Positions 1 to 13,740 of a stretch of 64,000 bases of DNA are shown here, in pieces. The notes under the pieces are model-generated. The model was not told where the DNA came from. It saw nothing but the letters and a program-made list of their open reading frames with translations, and searched no databases. Position numbers and translations under genes: made by a program. Origin of the DNA: the human T2T-CHM13v2.0 reference genome, Homo sapiens; the NCBI RefSeq assembly GCF_009914755.1, contig NC_060926.1. One strand, 5' to 3'. Each line of letters opens with the position of its first letter. Within the stretch, counting starts at the first letter, position 1.

Positions 1-850
1 ACCCAGCCTGATTTTCATCTTGTATATCTTTGAAAAAAATAGAGGTGTGTGTGTCTAGACTGCTTTTAAATCTCTTCAACCTGTCTGGTTTTTTGATTGA
101 TTTCTGGAGTGAAACTGCTCACTGAAAGTTGGATATTGACATTAAGTGAAGGGACCAATAAATGGCCTTTTGGGAAAACTGTCTAAAACCTGTAGAACTG
201 AAAATGAGTTATTGATGTTGAAACTTTTGTTTGTTTGAAGTCTGGCCTAAGTAGAGCAAATTTTAGTCTCATTCTTTTGCTATATGGTTTAATTAGTTTT
301 CCCTGGTTTTGCCAGGTTTGTTTGTGGGTACATTTGGCTTATTTTTCCTGTACCTAGTTAATGTTTCACTTTGTGTCCATCTCCCAGGCTTTTCTCTCTG
401 CTGCACTCTCCGTGGATCCCTAATTGCAAAAAATCACCAAGTAAATTCTCTTGGTTGCCTTAGTTTCAGCAGTTACATATCTTTTTGAATTTTGCCATCA
501 AAGTGGATTTTGGTGAATTTGCTAGTGCCCTCGGGTTCTTTTCTCATGTATCAGGGGCTCTGGATCCCCTCTCGTGGTCCTGCACGTCCTCAGCAGTACA
601 TCCCCATACAAGGTTGGCTCGAATGCCGTGGAATCAGCTTTTCTGTGGGGAGTAAGGCTGACCAGGGAATAGATGCTGTCACTATGAGAATGTGGTGTCT
701 TGCCCCTCCTCCCCAAATCCTCTATACAAGTTGCTGTTTTCACAGGGAACTTGTTTATTTTCTGCCAAGGTGCTCCTGCAGATGCTTGTCTGAACAGGCG
801 TGTGTCAGGACTTGTGAACTGTCCCATTTATCTTGTCCTTTTCTTCATAG

Positions 851-923
851 ATGAAACTGAGTATGAGTACAGTGGGAGTGAGGAAGAAGAGGAGGAAGTG
901 CCTGAACAGGAAGGAGAGCCAAG
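851..923 (+). CDS. MAP4K4: MAP4K4 coding exon (DETEYEYSGSEEEEEEVPEQEGEP), just C-terminal to the kinase domain
   Basis: ttcttcatag acceptor, AAG|gtaacc donor; peptide recognised as MAP4K4; 73 nt. Confidence 0.95.
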
Positions 924-2342
924 GTAACCACAAAGCCACTGTTCAGTATCCTGCTTTATGAAGGGATTAAGTTTTATGTTGTGCCAGGACTGCAGAAGAC
1001 TCCTGTGTGGTACAAAGAATCTTAAATTACTTAGACAGCATCTTACTATCTCCATTCTTCTCTATTCTTGACAGATTCCTGTAAACATTTTTCTTCCCTG
1101 GATCCTCTTACCCAGTGATTCTTTACCAAGGGTTGTATTGTGTCCCCTTCTCCAGTCACTGAAAAATGTGTGGGCCTGGGCAGGGGAGAGTGCCCCAGCA
1201 TTTATTGTTCCAGAAGCCACGGATGGTGAAGGTGCCATTGAACACCATTTCTTGTGGTATATAGAACATGGCTACACAAAAAGAATTGTCCCGCCCATGG
1301 ACCAGCAGGACTGTGTTGTGTCCTGATTTATTTTACAGTCTGTGTTTTAGTTTATCTCTGGCTCCCCAAAGTTCAGTAAAGCAGAAGGTTAAGGAGTCAG
1401 ATGGGTTACATGAACCTCATAATAACTGATGAATCAGAGAATAGAGGATTTTTGGATTGTGATGTTGGGTGTGCCTGGCAGTTGTCCATGCTGCAGTATG
1501 TGGCTGATGAAGTGAACAAAGGGAGGGTGGAAGGGCATCTCAAGTGACCTGTGGGGAGCTGTGTGCCAGAGAATGGGACTTGGAACAGAGAGAAGAGAAT
1601 TTATTGAAGCTACTGCATAATCTCTCTTTCTTCTTATGTAGGAGAGATTTTAATCCATTTTAGACTAAGAATTTCAGAGGAATTTGAACTGATTTCATAA
1701 GCAATGTAATTGTTTTTGAATAGGAGGAGCACTGTATGACGAAAAAGGCAATTTAAGGAGATATGTTTGCCATGCTGCTCTGGATGCTGTGGCAGTGGAG
1801 AAGTAACTCGGTGGGGAGGTCAGCTAGGAAGGGTGTGTTTAATTGATCTGTGTAGTGGCTAATTCGTAGGACCCGCTTGGGCTCAGCTGCTGACCTGGAA
1901 ATAAGAAAGTGGGAGGGAATTATGACAGGGCTTGGTGGTTGACCAGACAAAGACAAAGGAATGGTGTAAACACTGAAGAGTGGTCTGATGGTTCTGTTTG
2001 CTGAAGAAAAAAAAAGTGGTTAAAGGACTAGTGAAATCAAAGAAGGTGATTTCAACCTTTCCTTTTACTGAGTTTGAATTGTTACGCGAATCCTAAATAG
2101 AAATGTCTTGTCAAGCAAACATCTAGGACAGCATTTTAAGATATTTACTAAATAAGTAAAAGAAGATATGGGACTATTGAATTGTAGATATAGTCATTTC
2201 TGTGGATGTATTAGTTGTCTCCCTGGAGTCAGAGGAACTCAGAGAATGAATGTAGAAATGGGATAATATGCTGGTGCTATTGACTCACTTATAGGACAGT
2301 GTGATCGGTGCACACCCCTGAAAGCCCTGCTTTTTCCAACAG

Positions 2343-2553
2343 TTCCATTGTGAACGTGCCTGGTGAGTCTACTCTTCGCCGAGATTTCCTGAGACTGCAG
2401 CAGGAGAACAAGGAACGTTCCGAGGCTCTTCGGAGACAACAGTTACTACAGGAGCAACAGCTCCGGGAGCAGGAAGAATATAAAAGGCAACTGCTGGCAG
2501 AGAGACAGAAGCGGATTGAGCAGCAGAAAGAACAGAGGCGACGGCTAGAAGAG
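2343..2553 (+). CDS. MAP4K4: MAP4K4 coding exon ([27 protein letters not shown]...RRRLEE), start of coiled-coil
   Basis: ttttccaacag acceptor, GAG|gtagca donor; phase continuous with previous exon. Confidence 0.96.
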
Positions 2554-3056
2554 GTAGCAAAAGGAAAATGTCCAAGTTGGTTGGTCTTTTCTCTTTCTGC
2601 ATTTACACTGGTAGTTAGCCACTCAGAGGAATATCCTCTGTAGCTTCCTGGGGTAATACTTATCCCCTGGCACAGCTGTTTACATAACTTGTGAAAGAAA
2701 GCTTACGCTTTGGACTGGCAGGCCTTCACATTCCTTGAGGCCTTAGAAATGTTTTCCTTCCTTGTGAAAACTTTAAGGATCTGCCCCACAGTTACTCATC
2801 AACATACTGTGTTAGATGCAGAGCAAGTGTCCCAAAGATGGCATCAGACCAGTTTTGTGAAGTCTTTTTGCATTATGGTTTAAGTTGGCTTGCTCAGGAT
2901 TGACCTGATTGCTTTTCTACTCTCAGCCTCTGGGTCCCAGTTTGTATGTGCATATTTTTCTGAAACTTCAGACTTTTTCACATGAAAGTTTTTTTTTTTC
3001 TAAATGCCTTAACCTTGGGTATACTCAAGAGTAGGGGATGCAGATGAGGACAAATG

Positions 3057-3190
3057 GCTAATGCAGGGCTTAATACCTAGGTGACGGGTTGACAGGTGCA
3101 GCAAACCACCATGGCACACGTTTACCTATGTAACAAACCACGTTCTGCAGTGTATCCCAGAACTTAAAGTAAAATAAAATAAAATAAAAA
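3057..3190 (+). mobile_element. 5'-truncated L1PA 3' end with A-rich tail
   Basis: gcttaatacctaggtga..gcagcaaaccaccatggcacacgtttacctatgtaacaaac..cagaacttaaagtaaaa. Confidence 0.85.
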
Positions 3191-3194
3191 AGAT

Positions 3195-3415
3195 AAGATT
3201 TGGACATAGAGGCGGAAACACGGGAAGAGTGCCGCGTGGCAAGGGAGGCAAGATGGGAATGATGGTCTACAAGTCAAGGAAGGACCAGTATTGCCTGCAA
3301 CCACCTAAGCTAGGAAGAGGCAAAGAAGGACCCTTCCCTAGAGCCTTCACACCTTGATATCAGAGTTCCAGCATCCAGAACTGTCAGAAAATAAATTTTT
3401 ACTGGTTTAAGCCAA
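3195..3415 (+). mobile_element. MLT1 (MaLR) LTR 3' fragment
   Basis: aagctaggaagaggcaaag..ccctagagcct..accttga..tccagaactgtcagaaaataaattt..tttaagcca. Confidence 0.75.
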
Positions 3416-3631
3416 AAAAAAAATAAAAATAAAAAAAAAAACCGAACACACACGCACACACGGTAAGGGATGCAGAAAACAATTTGAACCTGGAAGTTGT
3501 AGTGTCCTCTGGTGGAGAAGTACATTTTACACCACCTGCTCATTTAACTCATTAATATTGCTAACATTGGTAATGTGGTTACCTTACAGCTTTCACGTTT
3601 TTAATGCACAGAAATATATTATTTCCCTATA

Positions 3632-3950
3632 CAGTCATGGGTCGCTTAATGACGGGGATACATTCTGAGAAATGCATCATTAGGTGATCCGTCATTGTGG
3701 GAACATCATAGAGTGTACCTACACAGACCTAGATGGTACAGCCTACTGCGCACCTAGACTATGTGGTGTGGCCTCTTGCTTCTAGGCTACAAACCTGTAC
3801 AGCATGTTACTGTGCCTTATACTGTAGGCAGTTGTAACACAATGGTAAGTATTTGTATATGTAAACATAGAAAAAGTATGGTAAAAATATGATATTATAA
3901 TTTTATGGGACCACCATTGTATATGCAGTTCATCATTGACCAAAACATGG
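3632..3950 (-). mobile_element. Tigger3a/MER7A-like DNA transposon
   Basis: TA|cagtcatg terminus; ggggatacattctgagaaatgc..tatgggaccacc consensus blocks. Confidence 0.85.
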
Positions 3951-5141
3951 CTATTTCACTTGGGGATCAGAAGAGTCTTTTGATTTTCTTTTTTTGACTG
4001 GCTTCTGCTGCATACCTCACAGGTCCAAATTTCTCATTCATTATCATTTCTGTTTTTATTTAATTCACAGACATTATTGTTTTACCTTTTTTCCCCCAGA
4101 AAAATGGGCCAACAACAGTAAAGCCCTGTATTGATATTATCCAGTGGAATTTAACCTATTAAGTAGCAACACATGCTATTAAATATTATCCTACTAATTT
4201 AACAGCACACTTTGGCATGGAATCTTTCATTCACTTTGTGTATTTGTAGTCTGGATTCTGAAAACTCTTTATAATTTGCCGCTTGTTTAGAAAAATCAGT
4301 GCCTGCTGAACTAAGGAGCCTGCAAATATTCAGCTAGGACTTTTAGAAGAAAACAGGACGTACGTTCCCCTGTAGTAGGGACAACTTCGCTGCTTTTATA
4401 ATGCTTTTTGTAGCTAATTTGCAAATTCCTTGTGGTATTTTTGTTAAGACTCTTTTCAGTGTTCTTTGAACGTAATAAATCTTGAATGAGTTCAGAGATC
4501 TGTTCAAGTTGCATATTGACTGTACTTACTATATTAGAATGCTTGAGTTTTGAGACTCTGGCTGTTTCTAGTTGTTTCTTGAAGTGGTGTTTTCCACTAT
4601 CTTTTTTTGATCCCGGCCTGTACTTTCCTTAAGCAGGTGGCATAGACTACTTTGGTGGTTTATAACTTGAAGTGCCAAGGACCAGATCAAGTTAGCACTC
4701 ATTTGTAACACAGGCACTGGAAATGTCTTTCAGGCTGTCACTAGTGAGACGAGTATCCATTATCCAGCCTCTGCATGTGGTAGGTGGTGAAGGTGAGCGA
4801 TGGTAGAAGGTGAAGGTGAGCGATGGCTCACAGGGAAGAGCTGAAATTTTAAAGTCATTTTGTTTTATAAGCTAAGTAGATGCTGGTGAATGTCTGTGAA
4901 AACAACAATTTTGTGCTTGTCATGTTTTAATTAGCCCATTATGGATTTTCAGTGTAAGTTCAAACTCAGGGTCATCTCTTTGAGCTTCTTAATTAGGAAA
5001 GATTAAGAAAATATTGGAATGGGAAAAGTCACATGAGTAGAATTCCACTGGTTTGGATTTTTGGTCAGCTAGCTGCTTGTTACTAGCCTGGGTAATTAAG
5101 CTTTATTTACACTCCAGGTCTGAGGAAGATAATTTGGGAAT

Positions 5142-6615
5142 AGAGTGATCCCGTATTTGGGGGTTTGGTTCTAGGACTTCCCATGGATACCAGAACTGCA
5201 GATGCCCAAGCCCCTGATATAAAGTGGCCTACTATTTGCATATAACCTGTGCACTCCCTTCCATATATAGTCATATGTTGCATAACAACGTTTTGGTCAA
5301 CAACTGAGTACATGTATGATGGTGGTCCCATAAGATTATCATGGAGCTGAAAAATTCCTGTTGCCTAGTGACATCATAGCCATTGTAACGTGTAATGGGT
5401 TGTAGCGCAACCTGTTACTCATGATTGTGGTGATGCTGGTGTAAACTCATGTATTGCCCTGCTGGTTGTATAAAAGTATAGCACATACAATTATATACAG
5501 TATATGTTACTGGGTTTATGTATTTACTATATTATACTTTTTAATCATTATTTTAGAGTGTACTCCTTCTACATATTAAAAACCAAGTTAACTGCAAAAG
5601 AGCCTTAGGCAGGTCCTTCAGGAGGATTCCAGAAGAAGGCATTGTGATCATAGGAGATGACAGCTGACAGCTCCATGTGTGTTATTTGCCCTTGAAGACT
5701 CTCCAATGGGACAAGATGTAGAGGGAGAAGATAGTGATATTGAGGAACCTGACCTTGTGTAGGCCTAGGCTAATGTGTATGTTTGTGTGTCACTTTTTAA
5801 CAAAAACATTTTTAAAGCTAAAACATTTTAATTAGGAAAAAGTTTATAGGACAGAAATTTAAAGAAAGAAAATATTTTCTACAGATTTATATGAAGTGTT
5901 TGTGTATTAAACACAAAAGAATAAAATTTAAAAGTTAAAGTAAGAAAAAATTACATTAAGATTAATTTAATATTGAAGAAAGAAAAACATTTTAAAATAA
6001 ATTTAGTATGGCCTGAATGCACAGTGTTTATGAAGTCTACAGTAGTGTACGCTAATGTTCAAGGTCTTCATATTCACTCACCACTCACTCACTGACTCAC
6101 CCAGAGCAACCTCCAGCCCCTCAAGCTCTATTCATGGTGAGATAGCATTTGTAATCTTTTATAGCATGTTTTTACTGTACTTTTTTTGTGTTTAGATTCA
6201 CAACTACTTACCATTGTATTGCAGTTACTTAGCATATTCAGTATAGTACCATCCTGTGCAGGTTTGTAGCCTAGGAGCAATAGGCTACACCATATGGCCT
6301 AGGTGTGTAATAGGCTGTACCATCTAGGTTTGTGTGTGCACACTATATGATGTTCATACAATGAAGAAATCACCTAACGACGCATTTCTAGGAACATATC
6401 CCTGTTGTTAAGCAACACATGACTGTACTTTATATCATCTCTGGATTACTTAATACCAAGTACAGTGTAAATGCCATGCAAATACCTGTTACACTATATT
6501 ATTTAGGGAATAATGACCAAAAAAGTCTGTACAGATGCAGTGCTTTCAAATATTTTTTGACCCAAGGTTGGTCGAATCCATGTGGATGTGGAACCTGTGG
6601 GTACAGAGGCTGACT
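5142..6615 (+). mobile_element. MER2 DNA transposon split by a nested Tigger3b (MER2 parts ~5142-5267 and 6428-6615)
   Basis: Left part ends ..tcccttccatata; right part resumes ctttatatcatctctggattac.., contiguous in the MER2 consensus. Confidence 0.85.
5268..6425 (+). mobile_element. Tigger3b/MER7B DNA transposon (~1.16 kb)
   Basis: Terminal inverted ends (t)agtcat..atgactg flanked by TA; ggtggtcccataagattat block. Confidence 0.85.
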
Positions 6616-6929
6616 ATTTGAGCCATAATTGGTTCGTAGCCCTTTATTGGCATTAAGGATTTAGTCAGAACTGTTTGAGGAACAGAGATTATTTTATGAA
6701 TAAAGTAAGTAAAGATGGTCAGCCTCACTCATAAGATATTAAAACTGAAAGGAGATAACTGTTATCTATCAGCAGACTGGCAAAACATGATCCAGAAAGT
6801 AAAGGCTGTGGGCAAACACAGTGCAGATGCCACAAAACCAGGCCCACTGGGGTTGGGGATTTCTCCTGCCATCCACACACTCCTGTCTCTGCACCCTTTT
6901 TGCAGGTGAGGGAGGGTGCTTTTGCCCTT

Positions 6930-7240
6930 CATAGGTCCTTCATCTTTAAGAAATATGTACACTCCCACCCTCCATCTCCCTTGGTGCTCTCTGATAACTG
7001 CTGCTGCTGGTATCGCCCTCCTTTGCTTCTCTGCCTCCTCCTTGTCTCTTGTGTGAACTGGATCTTCTTTGGAAGTCCTTGCAACTCTTTTGGAGTTTGT
7101 CTCCCGGTTTTGCTGAAAATGAGGTTTTTGTTTTCTCTTCTTGTTTTGTTTGGATGGTTCCAGGAGGAAAAGGGGAGAATGCTGAGCTCATGCAGCCGAG
7201 TTCGTACTGAGAGTCTCAGCATTTCTTCCCTGCCCCTCCC
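6930..7240 (-). mobile_element. Probable ancient L1M/HAL1 5'-region fragment
   Basis: Purine-rich minus strand (gaaaacaaaaacctcattttcagcaaaaccgggagac) resembling old L1 5' ends; recalled similarity only. Confidence 0.4.
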
Positions 7241-7323
7241 CGCTGCTCTTCATGTGTGTGACTGTGCTCCCTGGGTCCTTCTCTTCTGGGTACACTCATA
7301 TTTTGTCAGTTTACTCTAAGTGA

Positions 7324-7670
<347 letters not shown>

Positions 7671-7991
7671 AAAAAGTTTTAATACTACTTTTCCTATTTA
7701 GAGCATCATCACATCTTTGGCTCATACAAGACTTTGGGTCTAGTTAAATTTTTTTTTGCATTTTGTTCACAAGCCAACCTTTTCTTCCATCTAGTATTTA
7801 TTTGCTTTTTAGGAAAAATGAAGCTTACTTAATTGTGGTGTCATTTTATCTCAATAGTTTTGTGCTCTTTTTTTTTTTTTTTAAATTGAATCATGGTTTG
7901 GCATCGTTTATCTGTTCCTCTGTACTTTCATGACACTCACACATTTGGTTAGCATGTTTTCTTTGTTCTTTGTCTAAGTTTAATAAAAATA

Positions 7992-8123
7992 GTCTGGGCA
8001 TGATGGCTTACATCTGTAATCCCAGCCACTTTGGGAGGTCGAGATGGGATGCTCACTTAAGCCCAGGAGTTTGAGATCAGCTTGGGAATATAGCAATACC
8101 CCATCTCTATTTAATAAAAAAAT
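7992..8123 (+). mobile_element. Alu left monomer (FLAM-like)
   Basis: ctgggcatgatggct..tgtaatcccagc..cccaggagtttgag..ccccatctcta plus A tail. Confidence 0.85.
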
Positions 8124-9959
8124 AAAGAGTAAAAGAAAATAAAAATATTAAACAAGATGGTGTCCTGGAGAAAACCTGATTAGTTTTCTGCTACTTGTAA
8201 TTTGAACAGTACTGATAGGATATTCAGGTCTTTCCTGTCTCAGAGTCTTTTAGCTGGTATTTAAAAAAATTTCTTACATCTTTCCTTTCAAAGCCTTTAC
8301 CCCTGGACTCTCAGTTGTCACTTTGTGATTTTGGAAAGTCTGCTTCCTCAACTAAGGGTAAATGTTAGTGTGAGCATCAGCAGTTTCTTTTTGCCTTTCT
8401 TCCACCAAGAGGACACAGAGTAACATTTATTTCTGTCATTCCTACAAAATCCCAAAGGGATTTCTACAAATCTCAAAGTTAAATTTTAGAGGGGCGGTGG
8501 AAGTAGAAGACATTGAAAACAAAGGGAAGCAAGAGGAAAAAAAACTCTGTGTGAAATGGGATTAGTATTGATATTAAATTGTAACACTAGGAAAACATAA
8601 AAGTTTCTCAGTAAAAAATTAATAAACTGTGCCATGCATGCATTATGTGTTTCTTGGTTCCGAAATTTAGAAGGAAGGCAGTGAACTCCTTTATTCTGAA
8701 GCACTTTCCAGCAGTTGCTGTGTATTTTAAAGAAATAACAACCATTTTCTCACTCCTCCTTTCCTACAGAAAAGGTCTTTGTTTTGCAAGCCATTAGTAT
8801 CTAACATTAGGAGTACATGTTAGCACATGCTACCTTTCTTAAAAAAATAGTTCCAGCTTTAATACACACAGTAATCATAGTGTCCTGGCATGCCAGTGCC
8901 CCTACAGCTAAGGCCTTGCTTCCTGTCAAGCTAGCAGCTCAGTTGGTATGCAGAAGGTGGCTGGCTTGCATTTAAGAACTCCTCATAAGTTCTTAAATAT
9001 TCTCTTGGCATCCCAGTCTGGCATTTGGTTATATTTGCAGTTAAATTTTGTAGCGAGTTTAATTCCTCATACGTGATTTATTACCTAAAGATGGGGAAGA
9101 AACGAATAGTTCTCCACTGTAGCTTCATCAGAACTTACAAATAAAAAAACTCAGGGGTTGATGGTATATCTGTGTAGTAACATGACCGCAGAAGTTCTTG
9201 GAAATAGCAGTCCAAAGAATTAACTAGTTTATCAAAATATGTTAGTTTCCACTGAAGCCAGTAAATCCAGTGGAGTATATTTAACTAGATCTCACTATTA
9301 CTAGTGTAATTTTATTTAGAAAAGTTTTTAGAATTGTGAGATGAAAGCTTTGCTTTTAAATACCAAACTAGAATAGGAACTTAGATAATTAAAGCTTAGT
9401 TGGAAAAGTACATATTTACTTAGGCACGCTTGGGAAAATTTAAGTAATAAAATCTCTGTAGTTTGAGAGATTTGATGATCACGTTAGGACATCACACAGT
9501 TTTTCTGTCTGTTTGATTTTATTTTTAAAGAAAGGATAATTTAAGAAAATAAATTACATCAGTTTGTAAAAGCTTCAAAAGATTGTATCATGTTTATCAT
9601 TCTTAGTTGGGTAAGCCTGAAGAAGCATGTTCATTAAAATTCCCTGGGCTTTGTTATTTGCAATCATAGGCATAAGGTTAACAGTACAGACTGATGTTAT
9701 TTTGTTGATGGTGTGTATGTTTCAGTTTTTGATATTTTCTTTTGAAGTTCTAATGCAAGAGGCCAGCTTTTCACATTACCTATTAAGATATTAAGGACTT
9801 TCTTAATTTTTTAATGATTCCTCTTAGTGCCCCCAGCTACCTCCAAATTGAGGGCCTATTCTGAATGTAGTGGTTTTTATGGTTGGTAGTTTAAATTCTT
9901 GCTCTCGATCTAGTTTACCACTTCAACTATTAGAATATAATGTGGAAGAGAAGTTGGTA

Positions 9960-9967
<8 letters not shown>

Positions 9968-9999
<32 letters not shown>
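9968..9999 (+). repeat. poly(T) tract, ~32 nt
   Basis: Uninterrupted T run. Confidence 0.95.
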
Positions 10000-10001
<2 letters not shown>

Positions 10002-11449
10002 CTTAGCTATTGTTCTTAACTATTTGGTCCCACTAACCAGGACTTGCTTAGTGGGATAGTCTTGGGAGATTTACCACTTTCCACATTGTCTTCTACGTTT
10101 TTTTAAAGGTATGTGACTCACCTAACCTGCAAGATTTGGAGGAAAGGAGCTGTTTCTAATTCATCTTTGTATATCTGTGGTGCTTAATAAGTATTTCTCA
10201 AATAGATGGATTAGTTGTTTGTAGTCTTGTGTGTATCTCTGGAAAGGAAGGGCTCATTCAAATTTAAGCCTATGTGAAAATGAACCCTTGGGCTTGAGAG
10301 CTCTAATTTGAGTACCAGAGGTACCTTAGAGTGAGTACTTTAGAGGACCTTATACAATATCTGGAGGCATAAAGGAGGTGTTTTTTTTTTTTGTTTTTAT
10401 TAGTATGAGGCACTACCCAGAGTAATAATTAAATCTCAAGACTTCGTGCTCTTACTTGGTGATCTTGAAAAGATTGCCTTAGGATTTGATTGGATTTCGT
10501 AGGACCTAGAGACCTAAATGGATTCCTGAGTCTGTCATCACTCTAAATGCTAAGCGTTGGGTAAATTCACAGCAGTTTCTGTTAAGATGTCATATGCTAG
10601 GTATAAAGGTTAGATTCAAATAAAAAAGTATTGAATTTCTCTTCTGAAGGTAATGTGTGATATTTACTATAGGGGGAAAAAAGGAGATAAGACATGGTTC
10701 CTGCTTTCAAGACGTTTGGAGTCTCTTTTGTGTTGATCTAGTAACCAAAGGTATAGTAGTATCACCTGAAATTAAAAAAGAAAAACCCTCTCAGAAGGTT
10801 TCGGTTGAAGTTGAACTTTTTATATAGCGTATCCTGTTTGTAAGATGTTGTTTGCTTGCTATTTTTTCTTTGATAGTGTATTTTGAATTAAATTTATACA
10901 TTTTTATTAGTTGAATAAAATGTAATTATGTTGACATTATATGTACATATATACAGAGAGAGTATGCACACGTGTGAACATGCACAGTTAGACTACCCTG
11001 TCTTGTGCAGCTTGTGTACTGAGCATCCCCTGCCCCCAGCAGGTGCAGATATATGCTACCTGGGAAAAGTGAACAACAGAGACAGGGGAAAAAACTGAGT
11101 ATGTGGTGAAAGATGAACTAAAACAAGGGCATTAAGTGAAAATGTAAATACTAATCAGTGTGACTGCAAGCATGCTCACTTCACTCAGCTCCCAAAATGG
11201 TGGCAGACACACTTATTACAAATGCTGTATCTTTTTCATGCACCCTTTCCTCAACCCCGTAGGATATTGGAAGGATTCCCAGAATATTGTGACGATTTCT
11301 CTCTGGAGATAACTGATCAGCCCAAAGGAAATAAGGCCCCAAGTGAAATGATCAGGGTGAATCATAATCACCTTACTCTGTTGCTAAGTAGTTGCCAGGT
11401 GCTGTTTGTCTATACAGTCCTTATAGTTTGCATTTTAGAATCTTAAATG

Positions 11450-12560
11450 TAAATGGACAGCCAAGATTACCAGACACTGAGAAAAATCTCTACCATGAAA
11501 GATTTTGGAAACAAATAGGAAAAAGAACTCGAAGGATATAGAGACAGTGGGGGAACAGAGCAAAGCATCTCCTACATATATACATATACACACGAACAGA
11601 CACAAGACCTTATCCTTGGAAAGAGAAGATACTGTATTTATGGAACAAGAATACTCAGAAATTAAGAAGGAATTTTTGAGTTTTTTTCTTTTAATGAACA
11701 CTCCTAGACAGTGGGGAAGAAAAGACAAGTTGGTGGATAATAGGACACAAGGAAAACTTACAGAATCAATCCAGGATGTCCAACTTCTATTTAATAGATG
11801 CTCTAGGAAGTGAATACTACAGAAAGAACATACAGGAATAATTTAAGCAAAATTTCTGGAACTAAGAAGTACGAGTTTCTGGATTGAAAGCCTCGCTGAA
11901 TACCCAGCACATGAATGAGAAAGGGCTCACACAAAGGCACATACATTATCGTGTATGTGCACATACATACATACATACATACATCATCATCTTTAGAATA
12001 TTGAGGATGAAAAGAGGATCCTAGAAGCTGAAGTTGGGAGCAGGTAGAAGAGTGTGGAATGGGTCCTGTACTAAGTATCAAGAATCTGAATGGTCTCAGA
12101 ATCTCTAGGAGCAACATCAGAAACTAGAAGATGACATAGCACTGCCTTCAAAACTTGGAGGGAATGTTAATTTTCTTCAGCGGAAATTGTGTGTAACATG
12201 TTAGGGTAAATAACAATTTTGCAAAGTTCCCAGAGATTTTTTTGTTTGATTTTGTTTCGTTTTGCCTCTTCTTCTCTCTTCCTCAAGAAGCTGCTGGAGG
12301 ATGTGTTCCAGCAAAGTAAGAAAGAAGATGACAAGGATTCCCGGGAAGTTTGTGGACAGAAATATAGGATGACTGGAAAACAGTCAGTCTCCAAAAATAA
12401 AGAAAGAATACCTGATTTCTTCAACTGTGTTGAAAGGAGTGTTATGGTAGTGCAAGAGACTTTATAGATTATTTGTGATAGGTCCATAGAAACCCGGTGG
12501 AACAAACAAAAAGTGAGATGAGTAATAACACCTTGATAAATAAAGATGGCATAGCCATTA
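11450..12560 (+). mobile_element. HAL1/L1M ORF1-like degraded element, with internal (TACA)n at ~11960-11985
   Basis: gattgaaag..cccagcac.atgaatg; ctagaaga..gccttcaaaa; ctcaagaagctgctggaggatgtgttccagcaaa (HAL1-like); boundaries approximate. Confidence 0.65.
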
Positions 12561-13099
12561 AAGTTGTAGTTTTTAGATACTAGAGCAGGAGCATCATTCA
12601 TTTTATGACCCCATCTCCACCCATGGGAAGCTGATGAGTTTTGTGTATTGAATTCGAAGAGCAGAGAATGGGGGAAAAGGAGATTCCCCCATTGAAAACC
12701 TAGATAATGAGAGAGGCGGAACCAAAAGCAGACTCAGAACTTCACTGAGAATAATGGGGGTGTAGTAGTCAGGTGAGAGAGACTGGACTACCAAATCATC
12801 GTTGCTATCCAGTTATTCCAGATGAAAGATACTACTTTACATTTCTTAGGGCATCATTTTTAAGTGTTGGCTTTCAGATTAAATACTAGTTGAGAGTGGT
12901 GGGAAGACCCAGAAGGAATACTTAAACTATAATAAATATGTACTTTGTGTATCCATTATAAATATGTCTAACATCCCTGATAGCTTTACCCTAAGCTTTC
13001 TTGTTTAATGGTTAATTTTAGTGTCACAAATAAAGTTTGTGTTAATATTATTGGCTCTCTGTGTCTGGGAAATTTGATGGCTGTGCATCCCCTAGAGTT

Positions 13100-13285
13100 G
13101 CTGCTACCCAGTAGCCACTAGCCACATTTGGCCATTTAAATTAAAATTAACTTCAGTGCAACAAAATTAAAAACTCAGTTTTTCATTCATGCTAGCTATA
13201 TTTCAGGTGCTCATTAGCAACACGTGACTAGTGACTACGGAGCAGTGCAGAGACAGAACATTTTTATTATCCCAGAGAGTCCAGA
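13100..13285 (+). mobile_element. MER3-like hAT-Charlie element
   Basis: gtagccactagccacat..atttcaggtgctcattagcaacacgtgactagtgactac..agaacattttt. Confidence 0.7.
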
Positions 13286-13479
13286 GTCTAGCTTGTGCTT
13301 TACTGGCAGACAGCCTTGAGCTAGAAGAGTGAGTTGTCATCACGTGCCTGGCATGTCATCTTGCTCTGTTCTGTAGGGTTACATAGAACAGTCTGGATTT
13401 AGAAAGGCTGAGTGAGTCTGGTGATTCAGTAGCACCTTTTACACCTGTTGATGGGATGCAGGGTAGAGGGTGGTTAAGA

Positions 13480-13740
13480 GTATGTATGGGCCGTAGAGGC
13501 AGAGCAGCTCTTCCAGCTGGGGGCTTGCTGGCTGTGTGACTTTGGGCAAGTCACTTACCTTTTCTGAACCTGCTTTCGCATCTGTAAAGCAGGGATGAAA
13601 TAATGACTTCCTTGGGTTGTTAGGAGAATTATATTAGGTAAAGTAAGTGGAATAGAAATATCAAATACTTAGCATAGTGCCAGGCACATAGTAGTAAGCA
13701 TTTGCTCAGTAGCAGTTTCTGAAATACTTATATTAATAAT
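13480..13740 (+). mobile_element. MIR SINE
   Basis: Core gctgtgtgactttgggcaagtcacttacc..catctgtaaa; cttagcatagtgccaggcacatagta. Confidence 0.8.

Noticed and set aside
6900-7319. Three overlapping ORFs suggesting a processed pseudogene
   Set aside because: No known protein recognised, no poly(A) tail or TSD; composition fits an old L1-type fragment
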